Source: a virus
Taxonomy: Duplodnaviria; Caudoviricetes
Reading direction: 5' to 3' (one strand)
Virus record (IMG/VR): IMGVR_UViG_3300012038_000017
Location: 1-57,461 of that record
DNA: 57,461 nucleotides
The translations under genes and the position numbers were made by a program. Below are positions 45,098 through 54,408 of the stretch, in pieces; position 1 is the stretch's first letter, and the number at the start of each line of letters is the position of its first letter. A model generated the notes under the pieces. It did not search any database. It was not told the DNA's origin and saw nothing but the letters and a program-made list of their open reading frames with translations.

Positions 45098-46065
45098 TGT
45101 CAATATGGATTCCTAATCCAACTTTTGGTAGCTCATCATCTGATGATGATGAAGTAACTGAAATTCACGGATCACATGATGAATCACATAATATTCTTAG
45201 TGGAAATCCGACATTTCGAGCTAGATTAGCTTGTCCGTGGAATCAATATTCAAGAGTAGTTAGTGAATTATTGGGTAAACCGCAACCGTGGCCACATCCA
45301 ACTGTTTTTGATAAAGCTATTAGTGATGCTACAGCGGTTTCGATTCAATTGATTAATGATAAGGGTGACGCACTTACTGACTCATCTAAACAAAAGTTTG
45401 AGTATAAGCATTTTGCCATATTTGATGTAGTGTATATGGCGAGAAAAGGATTGTATTTTTTGAACAATAATGATGAAGAAATATATGTTGAAGATGAGAT
45501 TCAGCATCGTGTTGAAACTCAGCCAATGAATCATTTATTGCTTAAATGGGGTAAAAATTCCAGTAGTGCAGTAACACTGACTGAGGGTGCAGCTGCGCCT
45601 TCATTAACCTTTAATGAAGCGCCGGTTAAATTTGGAATTGGTGAAACAATTGTTAAAACTATTGAAGGATGGTGCTGTGATCTTTCTAATGTAGCTGTTG
45701 AAGGTACGGTTAATGACAGCGCATTACATTCTTTTATCCTTGATCGTGATTTTCCAGCTTTAACGCTTAAATTACGTTCTATAACTGCAACACCGTTATT
45801 TTCATTTCGTAGTTACAGAGACGAAAATCCTTCTGGACCACCACCAACTCCAACTCCACCGCTTCCTAAAAGATATGAAAGAAGTGGTAGAACTACTTTA
45901 ACTTTAAGACTTCAATATGAGTATAGAGAAGATGGATGGGAAAGGTTTTGGAGGAATACCCCTAAAGCCGCAGAAGCTGGATATTATCATATGATTGATA
46001 GTGAACCTCCATATGCTAATGTGATTCCGTTTCCTGCTGTCGATCATAAAGCATATTGGGAATAA
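45097..46065 (+). CDS. tail tip/hub protein
   Basis: Position in the tail module. Confidence 0.5.
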   Translation: MSIWIPNPTFGSSSSDDDEVTEIHGSHDESHNILSGNPTFRARLACPWNQYSRVVSELLGKPQPWPHPTVFDKAISDATAVSIQLINDKGDALTDSSKQKFEYKHFAIFDVVYMARKGLYFLNNNDEEIYVEDEIQHRVETQPMNHLLLKWGKNSSSAVTLTEGAAAPSLTFNEAPVKFGIGETIVKTIEGWCCDLSNVAVEGTVNDSALHSFILDRDFPALTLKLRSITATPLFSFRSYRDENPSGPPPTPTPPLPKRYERSGRTTLTLRLQYEYREDGWERFWRNTPKAAEAGYYHMIDSEPPYANVIPFPAVDHKAYWE

Positions 46066-46071
46066 TATATT

Positions 46072-48279
46072 ATGAATATTGATAGCATTCGTGATCGAAC
46101 AATAGATAATCAACTCTTGAATTTTCAAGAGATGAATGTCATATTGAATATGCTCCGTGGACTAACGAGCGGGTCAATGCAGGAGAGAAATTATTTAGGA
46201 AATACAATTCTTCCAGATCGTCCGTATATTGGGACTATCAACGTAAAATTCGATCAATATCTTACTTACGATATACCGCCATACTCTGTATTTCCTTTAA
46301 TATTCAATGGGCATGAATTTTTACCGTATATAGCTACGGCCGATTTTAGTGGTGAAGGGGAATCACCTATATTCTGCACTAATGGACCGTTCCCATTAAA
46401 GACTGGCTCGAAATTAGATTGTTTTATCGTTGGTGATGATACCCCAAGATTAGTGCATTATACATTATTTAATACTGGTTCAGTAGTGCCACAATTTGGA
46501 GATAAGGTGCAATTCTTTGGCGCTTTTGTTGGGGGTAGCGATACTATTCTTGCAGTTGAAACTTTTTCAGATCGTGATAATAAAGGGCATTTTGTATGCG
46601 TTTCAGAACCAGATACAACTACTCAAAGAATATGGGTATTGCGAACTTATTTAGCTAAAGATGATGTAAAATTCAAACCATTAATGCTAATGAGGGCGCA
46701 TGATTGGATGGACGTAGGTTGTGCTGTTGAAGTTTCTATTTGGAATTTCTATAGTGATTCATGGGAACCTGATGCTGCTTTAGCTGGTGGTGAACCAGTT
46801 GCTTCTGCTATAGCTCAAGATGTTGGCAATCGTAATTTCCTTAAACCAAGTGATCTTTGTTGGGGTAGATTTTTAGGAACTACAAAATCAAGCTCTAGTA
46901 GTGATGATGACTCAGTAGATGTATATGAAATCATTGGTGAAAATGGTTTGCATCAAACAGGAAAAGCAATGACACCTGTTGATTGCGGACAATCTGCCGA
47001 TTTTGAAATTACTTGTGGTGATCCAGAAGCAGGATCGCCGGGTGAGTATTTTCCAGAAGATAAAGATATTGATATGGAGGATCTTTCTGCTAATGATTAT
47101 TTAACATTAAGAAAACAATTAAATGGAGAATCTGTCGCTTGCCCAGGAGACATTAAAAAACATACAATTGAGGCTTGCACCCCCAGCAAAGGTTGCGTGC
47201 GACATATATTTGAAGGTGAATTTGCCAAACTCCGTTATATCACTTCAAATAGAAAATGGGAAGCTCGACCAGTACCGGATACACTATTTGCTAAAGGAAC
47301 TCTTTACGCAGAAATGTGTCCAGAAAATGACGGTCAAATACAAGGTTTACAACCATACGGTTGTTGTGCTGGACAACAAACAGTTACTATTCCAAACGGA
47401 ACAGCGCTAAATACCAGTGATTTCAAACTTGCTGGAAAGACTGGGTATAATGTATTCGCTGTTTATAGCGGTGTGGGTAATACTTGGATGATTATCCAAG
47501 TATTACACGAAGAAGTAGAACTTCTTGAAGATGTTATATCTGACATCGGCACTTCTGATGATTGTCCATCAGTATCTGGAAAGAAGCGTAAATTCGCATT
47601 GATGACTTGTGTTCCAGAACCAGAACCATTTGATCTATTAACTTTCGAGAAGATGGATGCAATTACTGGTATCACTTTAGGAACGTGTGGTCTTGAATTA
47701 GAAAAGACTTCAATTTGTGTTGCAGCAGTTGGTGCTAGTAGTGCAGGTGGTACAGTTGATTTTCAGCAAGTTGAAGTTGTAACTAATGTATTTGCTGGTC
47801 CTGATTGCAGCTTTACAATAGATAAAAAACTTGTATGTGTTGCCGGATCATTAGGAGCTTCTCCGTCACTTGCCACTCTTATGACTGTAGATGTTGATGT
47901 AGTAACATCATTTGAAGTTTATGATACTAGCGGTGATTTGCTTAGTGCGCCAGATGATGGCGGAACGTGTCAGGTACTTGCGAAAACTAAAACTATCAAA
48001 GTCTGTGCCGCATCAACAGAAAGTCCATTTGCACTTGATGTGATTACATTTGAATTGCAATCTCTATTGTATAATGTTTATGATGATGGTGAAGATATTA
48101 TTGGATGCTGGTTAGATATATTTGTTCCGTGTGTTGGTGGCTCTTTCTGCGATGTAGTTATTCCAGTTGATCCTTGCCCACCAGAAGGTAGTGGTACACC
48201 AGAAGAATTAATCATGCACGAAAGAATGCTAAGAGAAGCTGAACAACTGAGAATAAAATTAGATGGGTCTGATTCGTAA
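46072..48279 (+). CDS. Cys-rich tail tip/fibre protein with ~40-aa repeats
   Basis: Repeats of V.VVT.V....C......K..ICV in the C-terminal third. Confidence 0.55.
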   Translation: MNIDSIRDRTIDNQLLNFQEMNVILNMLRGLTSGSMQERNYLGNTILPDRPYIGTINVKFDQYLTYDIPPYSVFPLIFNGHEFLPYIATADFSGEGESPIFCTNGPFPLKTGSKLDCFIVGDDTPRLVHYTLFNTGSVVPQFGDKVQFFGAFVGGSDTILAVETFSDRDNKGHFVCVSEPDTTTQRIWVLRTYLAKDDVKFKPLMLMRAHDWMDVGCAVEVSIWNFYSDSWEPDAALAGGEPVASAIAQDVGNRNFLKPSDLCWGRFLGTTKSSSSSDDDSVDVYEIIGENGLHQTGKAMTPVDCGQSADFEITCGDPEAGSPGEYFPEDKDIDMEDLSANDYLTLRKQLNGESVACPGDIKKHTIEACTPSKGCVRHIFEGEFAKLRYITSNRKWEARPVPDTLFAKGTLYAEMCPENDGQIQGLQPYGCCAGQQTVTIPNGTALNTSDFKLAGKTGYNVFAVYSGVGNTWMIIQVLHEEVELLEDVISDIGTSDDCPSVSGKKRKFALMTCVPEPEPFDLLTFEKMDAITGITLGTCGLELEKTSICVAAVGASSAGGTVDFQQVEVVTNVFAGPDCSFTIDKKLVCVAGSLGASPSLATLMTVDVDVVTSFEVYDTSGDLLSAPDDGGTCQVLAKTKTIKVCAASTESPFALDVITFELQSLLYNVYDDGEDIIGCWLDIFVPCVGGSFCDVVIPVDPCPPEGSGTPEELIMHERMLREAEQLRIKLDGSDS

Positions 48280-48835
48280 CGGAACTAGAATACTTCGAGC
48301 TAAGTCTGGAAAGTTAGCTCACTCTCTCAATTGCTGTTGCAAGAAATTAAATTGCAGTCAGAAATTGTGCGATTGTGCTGTTACTACTCCACCATGTTTA
48401 TCTGCGCCTTCATACCGTTACCGAATGAAAACTGGTGACTTCACTAATTGCTTGCCAAATTGCTTCGATCAAGTAAATACTAATTTTGTTAATGCTGGTG
48501 CTGGTCCTGGTGGTGTCGGTATTTCAATGGCAAGATTAGGTGGAACAAGTTGCTGTTCTTTTGGTCCCGGCGCAACTATTGGCGTTTGCAATTGTGCTAT
48601 TCAACCTGCAATGATAACTCCCGGTCAAATGGGTGTTCTCACTTTAATGGGTTGTGAAGAATATAATGGTGAATGTCGTGTGAGAGCTAAACTTGCTATA
48701 GCTAATGCAGAGTTTATGTGCTTCCCGTTCCGATTAGATGCAACTATTGCTGCGCCCAATGTAATGACCTTAATTGCAGGTACTACTTTCCCTTGTTGCA
48801 ATACACCGACTGAAATGGAAGTTTGGGCTGGATAA
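48263..48835 (+). CDS. small Cys-rich tail-associated protein
   Basis: 18 Cys in 190 aa including NCCC. Confidence 0.55.
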   Translation: MGLIRNGTRILRAKSGKLAHSLNCCCKKLNCSQKLCDCAVTTPPCLSAPSYRYRMKTGDFTNCLPNCFDQVNTNFVNAGAGPGGVGISMARLGGTSCCSFGPGATIGVCNCAIQPAMITPGQMGVLTLMGCEEYNGECRVRAKLAIANAEFMCFPFRLDATIAAPNVMTLIAGTTFPCCNTPTEMEVWAG

Positions 48836-48837
48836 TT

Positions 48838-49968
48838 ATGACATTAGCATCACGAATAAAGATTCAGGAGCAAACGAAGAAGGCATTTGAGCAGTATGAA
48901 AGAGTTAAACGTGCTGAATCAAAGCAAATGGCTATTTATTCACAATTTGATTGTGGATACCGTTCTCCAGCCAATACATGCACTTTGTATGGTGATTGTT
49001 CTCAAATTCCTAAAGACGGTGCAGCTTATTGCGGTAGTTGTTCTAGTAGGTTGATTGAACTTGGAATTGCATTAGTGCAACCAACTCTTAATGAATTACC
49101 TTCACAACTACTCGAACCAATATTTAGGCATAGAGTTGGTAATTTGGCAGTCGATCAGTTTCAGCTTAATTGTGGTATAATTAAGTATGAAGGTAAGACT
49201 TTACTCGCTTATCGTAAAGGTTGGGGTAATGCAGAAGTCTGGTTAGCTGAATTGGATGATAATTTTGATGCAATATCGAATGTAAAACTAGAAGTGCCTG
49301 CTACAAAATATAATGAATTAGGGTCAGAAGATCCTCGTTTATTCATTCACGAAGGTAAGCTATTCTTAATGTTTATTGGGTATACGCAAGCGACAGGTAA
49401 GCGTGCAACCCATATTCTTTACTCGCTTATCTCATCGAATGGTGCAGTAGTTTCTACTTTCCTTCCGTATCTATCTGCTAGAGGCGCTTGGGAAAAGAAT
49501 TGGGGATTCTTTTCTTACAGGAAGGAATTGTATGCTGTCTACTCGATTCATCCACATATCATCATTAAGGTAAGTGATGATCGTGCTTGGATCAGTACAA
49601 TTACTTCATTAGTGTATCCTGATTATTTAGGTTCGCCTCGTAGCGGTTCTTCACCATTCCTTCATAATGATGAATGGTATTGCTTTACGCATAATTGTTT
49701 TCGTTATGGAAATAATCGTTGGTATGGAATGTGTTGTTATACATTTGAGAATAAACCACCATTTAAGCCATTAAGGTATGCAGATGGATTTTTAATGTTG
49801 CCGGATAAAAAAGATCGACCAGCTTCGCATGTTCCACACGTTATTTTCCCGAACGGTGCTTACTTGGAGAATAATGAGTGGATAGTAAGTTACGGATACT
49901 ATGATAAGTACAGTGAAGTTGTGAAATTTGATGCGATGCAGCTTGAGGGAGTATTGAAGCCAATATGA
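48838..49968 (+). CDS. GH130/GH43-like five-bladed beta-propeller glycosidase with N-terminal Cys module
   Basis: QLNCGI, SEDPRL, EKNW, RSGS, VIFPNG, SYG..D. Confidence 0.75.
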   Translation: MTLASRIKIQEQTKKAFEQYERVKRAESKQMAIYSQFDCGYRSPANTCTLYGDCSQIPKDGAAYCGSCSSRLIELGIALVQPTLNELPSQLLEPIFRHRVGNLAVDQFQLNCGIIKYEGKTLLAYRKGWGNAEVWLAELDDNFDAISNVKLEVPATKYNELGSEDPRLFIHEGKLFLMFIGYTQATGKRATHILYSLISSNGAVVSTFLPYLSARGAWEKNWGFFSYRKELYAVYSIHPHIIIKVSDDRAWISTITSLVYPDYLGSPRSGSSPFLHNDEWYCFTHNCFRYGNNRWYGMCCYTFENKPPFKPLRYADGFLMLPDKKDRPASHVPHVIFPNGAYLENNEWIVSYGYYDKYSEVVKFDAMQLEGVLKPI

Positions 49969-51602
49969 AGCTATATTGTATATGTTGCGATCAAATTCCG
50001 TGGCGAAAAGAAGCCGCGATTAAAGAATTCGCAACACAAAACCTTGATGTTGAAATGTTTCAAGGTATCCACGGACCAACATTTGGTTTAACCGCAAGAT
50101 TGCCATGTTTCGACAGTAAGCCGTATTTTATTTCACCTGGGTATATTGGCCTTCATCTTTCTAACTTATTATTATGGAGTAGATGTTGTGAGAGAGATGA
50201 TGAGCATATTGTAATCTTTGAGGATGATCCAGTTCTTTTGCCGAACTTTATGGCTCGCCTCAATGAAGTCATTGAAGTTCTTCCGAGGTATTGGGACATT
50301 TGTAATCTTTCACCTTGTTGCGATGAAGAATCTAAAACAACGCAGGATGTTAATGAGTTATTGAAAGTAACGAAATATCCGATGTGCATGAACGCAATGC
50401 TTTATAATAAGAAAGCGTTGCCATTCATTATCAAGCAATTGAGTGTAATATGCAACTCGCACGTTGATATTGAGATGGAGAAGTTAGTTCTTCCATATCT
50501 CAATCAATACTGTGTCAAGGCACCGCTTGCAAAACAAGTTGTCGATTATAGCGTATGTGGCAGAGGAGAAAGAACATATAAAGATTTAGAAGGGTGGGAA
50601 TTTGATTTCAGTGTCATATATGATGAAGCATTAGATAGGGTACAAGCTCCATCTGTATTTGTTGAAATTGGTTCATGGTTCGGCAAATCTGCTTCGTATA
50701 TGGCAGAAGAAATTAAACGTAGATACTTACCAGTCAACTTCTACGCGGTTGATACTTGGAAAGGATCAATGAATCAACCAGAAATGCTGGAAGTAGTTCA
50801 GAAACATGGCGGAGATTTATTCAAGAAGTGGCAGATGAATATGTCGGTCACTGGAGCTATTGACTTTGTAATCCCGATACAGAAAGATTCAATTGAAGCT
50901 GCTAAGCAATTTGAAGATAAATCGGTTGATTTTGTTTTCTTCGACAGTGAGCATACATATAAGCATTTATTAGCTGAACTAGCTGTTTGGCTGCCGAAGT
51001 TGAAAGATACTGGTGTTGCAGCAGGTCACGATCTTGTTTTATTTCCAGAAGTGCGTAAATGCGTACATGCAGTATTTGGAAATCAATACAGAACATATAA
51101 GAATTCTTGGATCGTCGAAACACATCCGAATAAGTATGCAGCTAATACGTCGCCAGTTAGAATGACATCAAGAGAAAGAATTGCTAAACAAACAAAAGCG
51201 GCGATAGAGCGACGCCCGCCAAAACGAATGCGTCAAAATAAAGGACATTATCCTTTAGTTTTATTTAATTGCATTCATCGCGGAACAGATAAAATAGGTG
51301 AAGTACCATGCGGCTGTTCTACTTCACCACCAATATTTAAATGCAATCATCCTTATTTACAACCACCAAAGTTTAGTGGTGAGTGTGTTAAGATAATTGA
51401 AATTGGAGCAAGAGAGCAGCTAATAGAAGAAAGAAAGTTACTTGTCTGTCAGAGTTGTACTCTGAGAGTTTCTGCACCTGGCGTTCCAGGTACAGTAGAA
51501 GAATGGAAATTACTTAATAATTCAGAAGGAGATAATAATGTCTCAAGAGCTTCCGACCAGACCGGAACAACAGAGGAAAGAAAAGAAACCGCCAGCACCT
51601 AA
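49965..51602 (+). CDS. GT25 glycosyltransferase + class I SAM methyltransferase + Cys-rich C-terminal module
   Basis: GYIGLHLSN, IFEDD and HVD (GT25); VEIGSWFGKS, AVDTW, FFDSEHTY and GHD (Methyltransf_24-like). Confidence 0.8.
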   Translation: MKLYCICCDQIPWRKEAAIKEFATQNLDVEMFQGIHGPTFGLTARLPCFDSKPYFISPGYIGLHLSNLLLWSRCCERDDEHIVIFEDDPVLLPNFMARLNEVIEVLPRYWDICNLSPCCDEESKTTQDVNELLKVTKYPMCMNAMLYNKKALPFIIKQLSVICNSHVDIEMEKLVLPYLNQYCVKAPLAKQVVDYSVCGRGERTYKDLEGWEFDFSVIYDEALDRVQAPSVFVEIGSWFGKSASYMAEEIKRRYLPVNFYAVDTWKGSMNQPEMLEVVQKHGGDLFKKWQMNMSVTGAIDFVIPIQKDSIEAAKQFEDKSVDFVFFDSEHTYKHLLAELAVWLPKLKDTGVAAGHDLVLFPEVRKCVHAVFGNQYRTYKNSWIVETHPNKYAANTSPVRMTSRERIAKQTKAAIERRPPKRMRQNKGHYPLVLFNCIHRGTDKIGEVPCGCSTSPPIFKCNHPYLQPPKFSGECVKIIEIGAREQLIEERKLLVCQSCTLRVSAPGVPGTVEEWKLLNNSEGDNNVSRASDQTGTTEERKETAST

Positions 51603-51777
51603 TGACGCTGAAATACTTACGAAAAAACTTGGTTTAACTGCATTTGGTGTTGCACAACCTGAAATGCCATCGGCAGCGGCGGAAAGAGTTCCCGAAAAGC
51701 CTGATGATGTTCCAGAAAGAACAAAGCAATGGCTGGACAAAACCGTACCAGAAAAGCCCGTGGTGTTGGAGAAATAG
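51538..51777 (+). CDS. Pro/Glu/Lys-rich hypothetical protein
   Basis: AAGGAG RBS; overlaps both neighbours. Confidence 0.45.
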   Translation: MSQELPTRPEQQRKEKKPPAPNDAEILTKKLGLTAFGVAQPEMPSAAAERVPEKPDDVPERTKQWLDKTVPEKPVVLEK

Positions 51778-52049
51778 TCAAGCAAACTTTATCTGCTTGG
51801 CATATTAGTTCCCACGTCGGCTGTAATTGCGATGCTCTTACTAATGAACTCGATGCGGTAGGCGCTGACGCAATAGAAATATTATTCGATGAATATGTAG
51901 ATAAGTTCATCGAATCTTCAAAGACGTGGCGGGAAACGGGAAATCTTATCCAGAGACATATCCCGCTTCCGCCACGTTTTGTTTTTGAAGAATTACTTGA
52001 GTATGGAATTACGAAGCATCGGGAGGAATCTTCTGCTTCCCCTGATTAA
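51729..52049 (+). CDS. hypothetical protein (RGVGE...GCNC...ELD)
   Basis: Motif resembles small Cys proteins at the ends of phage tail modules. Confidence 0.55.
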   Translation: MAGQNRTRKARGVGEIVKQTLSAWHISSHVGCNCDALTNELDAVGADAIEILFDEYVDKFIESSKTWRETGNLIQRHIPLPPRFVFEELLEYGITKHREESSASPD

Positions 52050-52293
52050 TGTTTGTAATTTCAACCGCAACTGATTGAAGGAAATATTTTACTCTTTCTT
52101 CAAAGAATGCTGGTTCATTTTTACGTTCAAAAACAACTTCTCCTGGGAAGTTCAATTCTCCACGATATTTCTGGCCTTCAACCAGTTTCATCACTGTGAT
52201 AAAGAATCCACCTGTATATCGGTCGGATTCTATCTTGTAATCGTCAATCACACGATCTATCTTAGCGCTAATCAATTGCAGGATCATTTTCAT
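52009..52293 (-). CDS. hypothetical protein
   Basis: AAAGGA RBS; converges on the late arm. Confidence 0.55.
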   Translation of the reverse strand: MKMILQLISAKIDRVIDDYKIESDRYTGGFFITVMKLVEGQKYRGELNFPGEVVFERKNEPAFFEERVKYFLQSVAVEITNINQGKQKIPPDAS

Positions 52294-52498
52294 TTCCTTT
52301 CATCAACTTTTCGAGTTGTACTTCAGTAATGTGCATTCGATCTACGAGATTATCTACCGCTTGGATATAATAATCCCACTTTTTGTATTGTCCTGATGGA
52401 TGCGCAGTTGAATCATCTGTGCCAATAATCTTGTAGATGATTCCACCGATAGAAACATTCTGACCGATATCAAATTTAAGTTTTCGTGGCTCTGACAT
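52268..52498 (-). CDS. hypothetical protein (KFDIGQNV, SH3-like)
   Basis: Tiled ORF. Confidence 0.55.
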   Translation of the reverse strand: MSEPRKLKFDIGQNVSIGGIIYKIIGTDDSTAHPSGQYKKWDYYIQAVDNLVDRMHITEVQLEKLMKGNENDPAID

Positions 52499-52781
52499 TT
52501 TGCTCTGCTTCTTTCTTTAGTTCGAGTAAGAACGGTAAACAACGACTCCAAATATACCTTCTTCTAACTTCTTTCTTGCCGTGTATCATACCATGACACA
52601 TATGGCAAATTGAAAGTAAATCTTCATCTCGTTCAAAACCGAGACGTTCATACGTTCGGTGATGAACTTCAGTTGCCCAGCGAAGTTCGCATACTTCGCA
52701 CAAGCCATCTAGGCGCTGGCGAACTAATTCAGTGCGCGCGAACCATTCGGGTGAATTAATATAAGCGTAATAGTCAATCAT
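52476..52781 (-). CDS. small HNH endonuclease
   Basis: Y..SPEW...CEVC..EVHHRTY..L..C..CH..IH. Confidence 0.85.
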   Translation of the reverse strand: MIDYYAYINSPEWFARTELVRQRLDGLCEVCELRWATEVHHRTYERLGFERDEDLLSICHMCHGMIHGKKEVRRRYIWSRCLPFLLELKKEAEQNVRATKT

Positions 52782-53028
52782 CTTTTCTCCTCATCCCTAC
52801 TGGATATTTCCAAACTTCATCATTGATCCAGATTGGTTCATCCTTATCAAGATATTTGATCCAATTACTCGGATTAGGTCCAAGCGTTGAATCAAATAGA
52901 ATTAGATAAAACAAACAAGCTACTGCCATTTCAGGTGAGTTACCTGTTCCACAAGGTGGAGTTCCCGGTAAATCGAGACAATCAGCACGATAATAATGCT
53001 CATTCACTTGGTCAATTTTGATGTTCAT
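52774..53028 (-). CDS. HicB-like protein
   Basis: YYRADCLDLPG...GNSPEMA matches the HicB N-terminal pattern. Confidence 0.55.
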   Translation of the reverse strand: MNIKIDQVNEHYYRADCLDLPGTPPCGTGNSPEMAVACLFYLILFDSTLGPNPSNWIKYLDKDEPIWINDEVWKYPVGMRRKDD

Positions 53029-53318
53029 TTCTGAAAATCCTCCTTCCTCTTGAATTCCCTGTATGTGACGAAGATATTCTCTACCTTCTCACAGAAGTCG
53101 ATTATACTCCTTGCACGTTCTAAATCTTGACATTCAATTGCAATAGTAGCATTACCTCTGAATGCTGCCATCACTGAGTCAATATTAAAAGCTACCTTCT
53201 TGAATTTATTCAGTGTAACCGATTGGTCGTGTAAAGGAAACCAGTAGATACCGTGATTCCTTATCCAAGTCGATTTTCCACTTGCTGGTGGTCCGTAGCA
53301 AATTATTATGTGGATCAT
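53025..53318 (-). CDS. short P-loop (AAA/kinase-like) protein
   Basis: GPPASGKSTW. Confidence 0.65.
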   Translation of the reverse strand: MIHIIICYGPPASGKSTWIRNHGIYWFPLHDQSVTLNKFKKVAFNIDSVMAAFRGNATIAIECQDLERARSIIDFCEKVENIFVTYREFKRKEDFQK

Positions 53319-53596
53319 TTATATTTCACCTTTCTGCTCTCTGGTTTTGGAAATCTGTTCTTCAATTTGTGGCAGTTGCGGCAACCTGTACTTGCAGTCA
53401 AAGCGTCTTGCACTAGAGTTGCAATGAAACCACATTTCTCGCATTCTACAGAATAATAGTGGTATCCACCGCGCGAACCGACTAATCGAAGTATCTTCTT
53501 ACCACTCACAACCTGCCCAACCTTATAGTAAACTCTCCGTTTATACGGGTAAATCTTCCTACCCTTCTTTACGCGACTATCCAATGCGCGTGACAT
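53315..53596 (-). CDS. basic Zn-ribbon protein
   Basis: VGQVVSG..CEKCG...CRNC. Confidence 0.6.
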   Translation of the reverse strand: MSRALDSRVKKGRKIYPYKRRVYYKVGQVVSGKKILRLVGSRGGYHYYSVECEKCGFIATLVQDALTASTGCRNCHKLKNRFPKPESRKVKYK

Positions 53597-53844
53597 TACT
53601 TCCTCCCCATAAAAATGTCAATGAGGAATTGATCTAATTCCTCATTCAATGAAAAAACATAAAGCTCCAATGCTTTATAGTCATCAGGTCCAATTTCAAG
53701 TAAATACTTGAAAGCCTTTGCTCCAGCGTAGAAAGCTCTACGCATTTCGGTAACTTGAATTTCAGGTGCATCAGGTGGAATAACATTGAATCTGAAATCA
53801 ATGAATTGCTGTTGCAATGTTCGCTGTGGTGGAAGTTCTGGCAT
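53596..53844 (-). CDS. hypothetical protein
   Basis: Q..EMRRAFYAGA motif; AGGAG RBS. Confidence 0.65.
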   Translation of the reverse strand: MPELPPQRTLQQQFIDFRFNVIPPDAPEIQVTEMRRAFYAGAKAFKYLLEIGPDDYKALELYVFSLNEELDQFLIDIFMGRK

Positions 53845-54022
53845 TTTATCTCCTAGTTAATACTGTAATTAATTGCCTAATTAGCCCCTGGTCGCCCTGT
53901 TTCGCCCCAATCAGGGGGTGGTCAGTCGATTTTTGCCTCTATACGCCAATCCTATAGGGTAGACTTTGCGAGCCTTGAGCGCTGGCTATCGAAACGGGTT
54001 TCGGGTCGATTCGGTAGGCGAT

Positions 54023-54062
54023 AGCCTAGCCTAGCCCACGCTAGGGGCTGCCATTTTGACAG
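54023..54062 (-). promoter_or_regulatory. fourth CTGCCATTTTGACAG site with a downstream TAGGCT (-10-like)
   Basis: GGGCTGCCATTTTGACAG is identical at 20098-20115 and 54045-54062. Confidence 0.55.
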
Positions 54063-54108
54063 TCTACCCATCCTGGCCCAGCAGGGTAATTACCCGATTA
54101 ATTCAAGT

Positions 54109-54408
54109 TTATTCTTCCCCTTCAATAAAGTTCGGCTCAATGAATTCCCTTCTGAATGAATTTAATTCTTCATTCAACTTTGAAGTTAATTCAATAGCTT
54201 CATCCTTCGTCAAATTACGCGCGCACATCATTGCACCGGGTCCATTATATGCAATGAACATCACGGTGAAGATATTCTGAGCGTAGCTGCAATAACTAAA
54301 TCTTCCGGTTAATCTTGGGATTTCCGGTTCTGACGTTCTTGAATCTCTGCGATCATCAAGCGGTGGCACCATTCCAAATTCCTCTCTCAAATAAAGTATT
54401 GTTTGCAT
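54109..54408 (-). CDS. hypothetical protein
   Basis: Tiled ORF overlapping the end of polA. Confidence 0.5.
   Translation of the reverse strand: MQTILYLREEFGMVPPLDDRRDSRTSEPEIPRLTGRFSYCSYAQNIFTVMFIAYNGPGAMMCARNLTKDEAIELTSKLNEELNSFRREFIEPNFIEGEE

Noticed and set aside
51538-52049. Programmed -1 frameshift joining the last two late ORFs
   Set aside because: No complete slippery heptamer in the overlap; left as two ORFs.
53895-53930. Hammerhead-like CUGA...GAAA on the minus strand
   Set aside because: Core reads CUGACCA rather than CUGANGA, and the stem II closing pair and stems I/III are missing.
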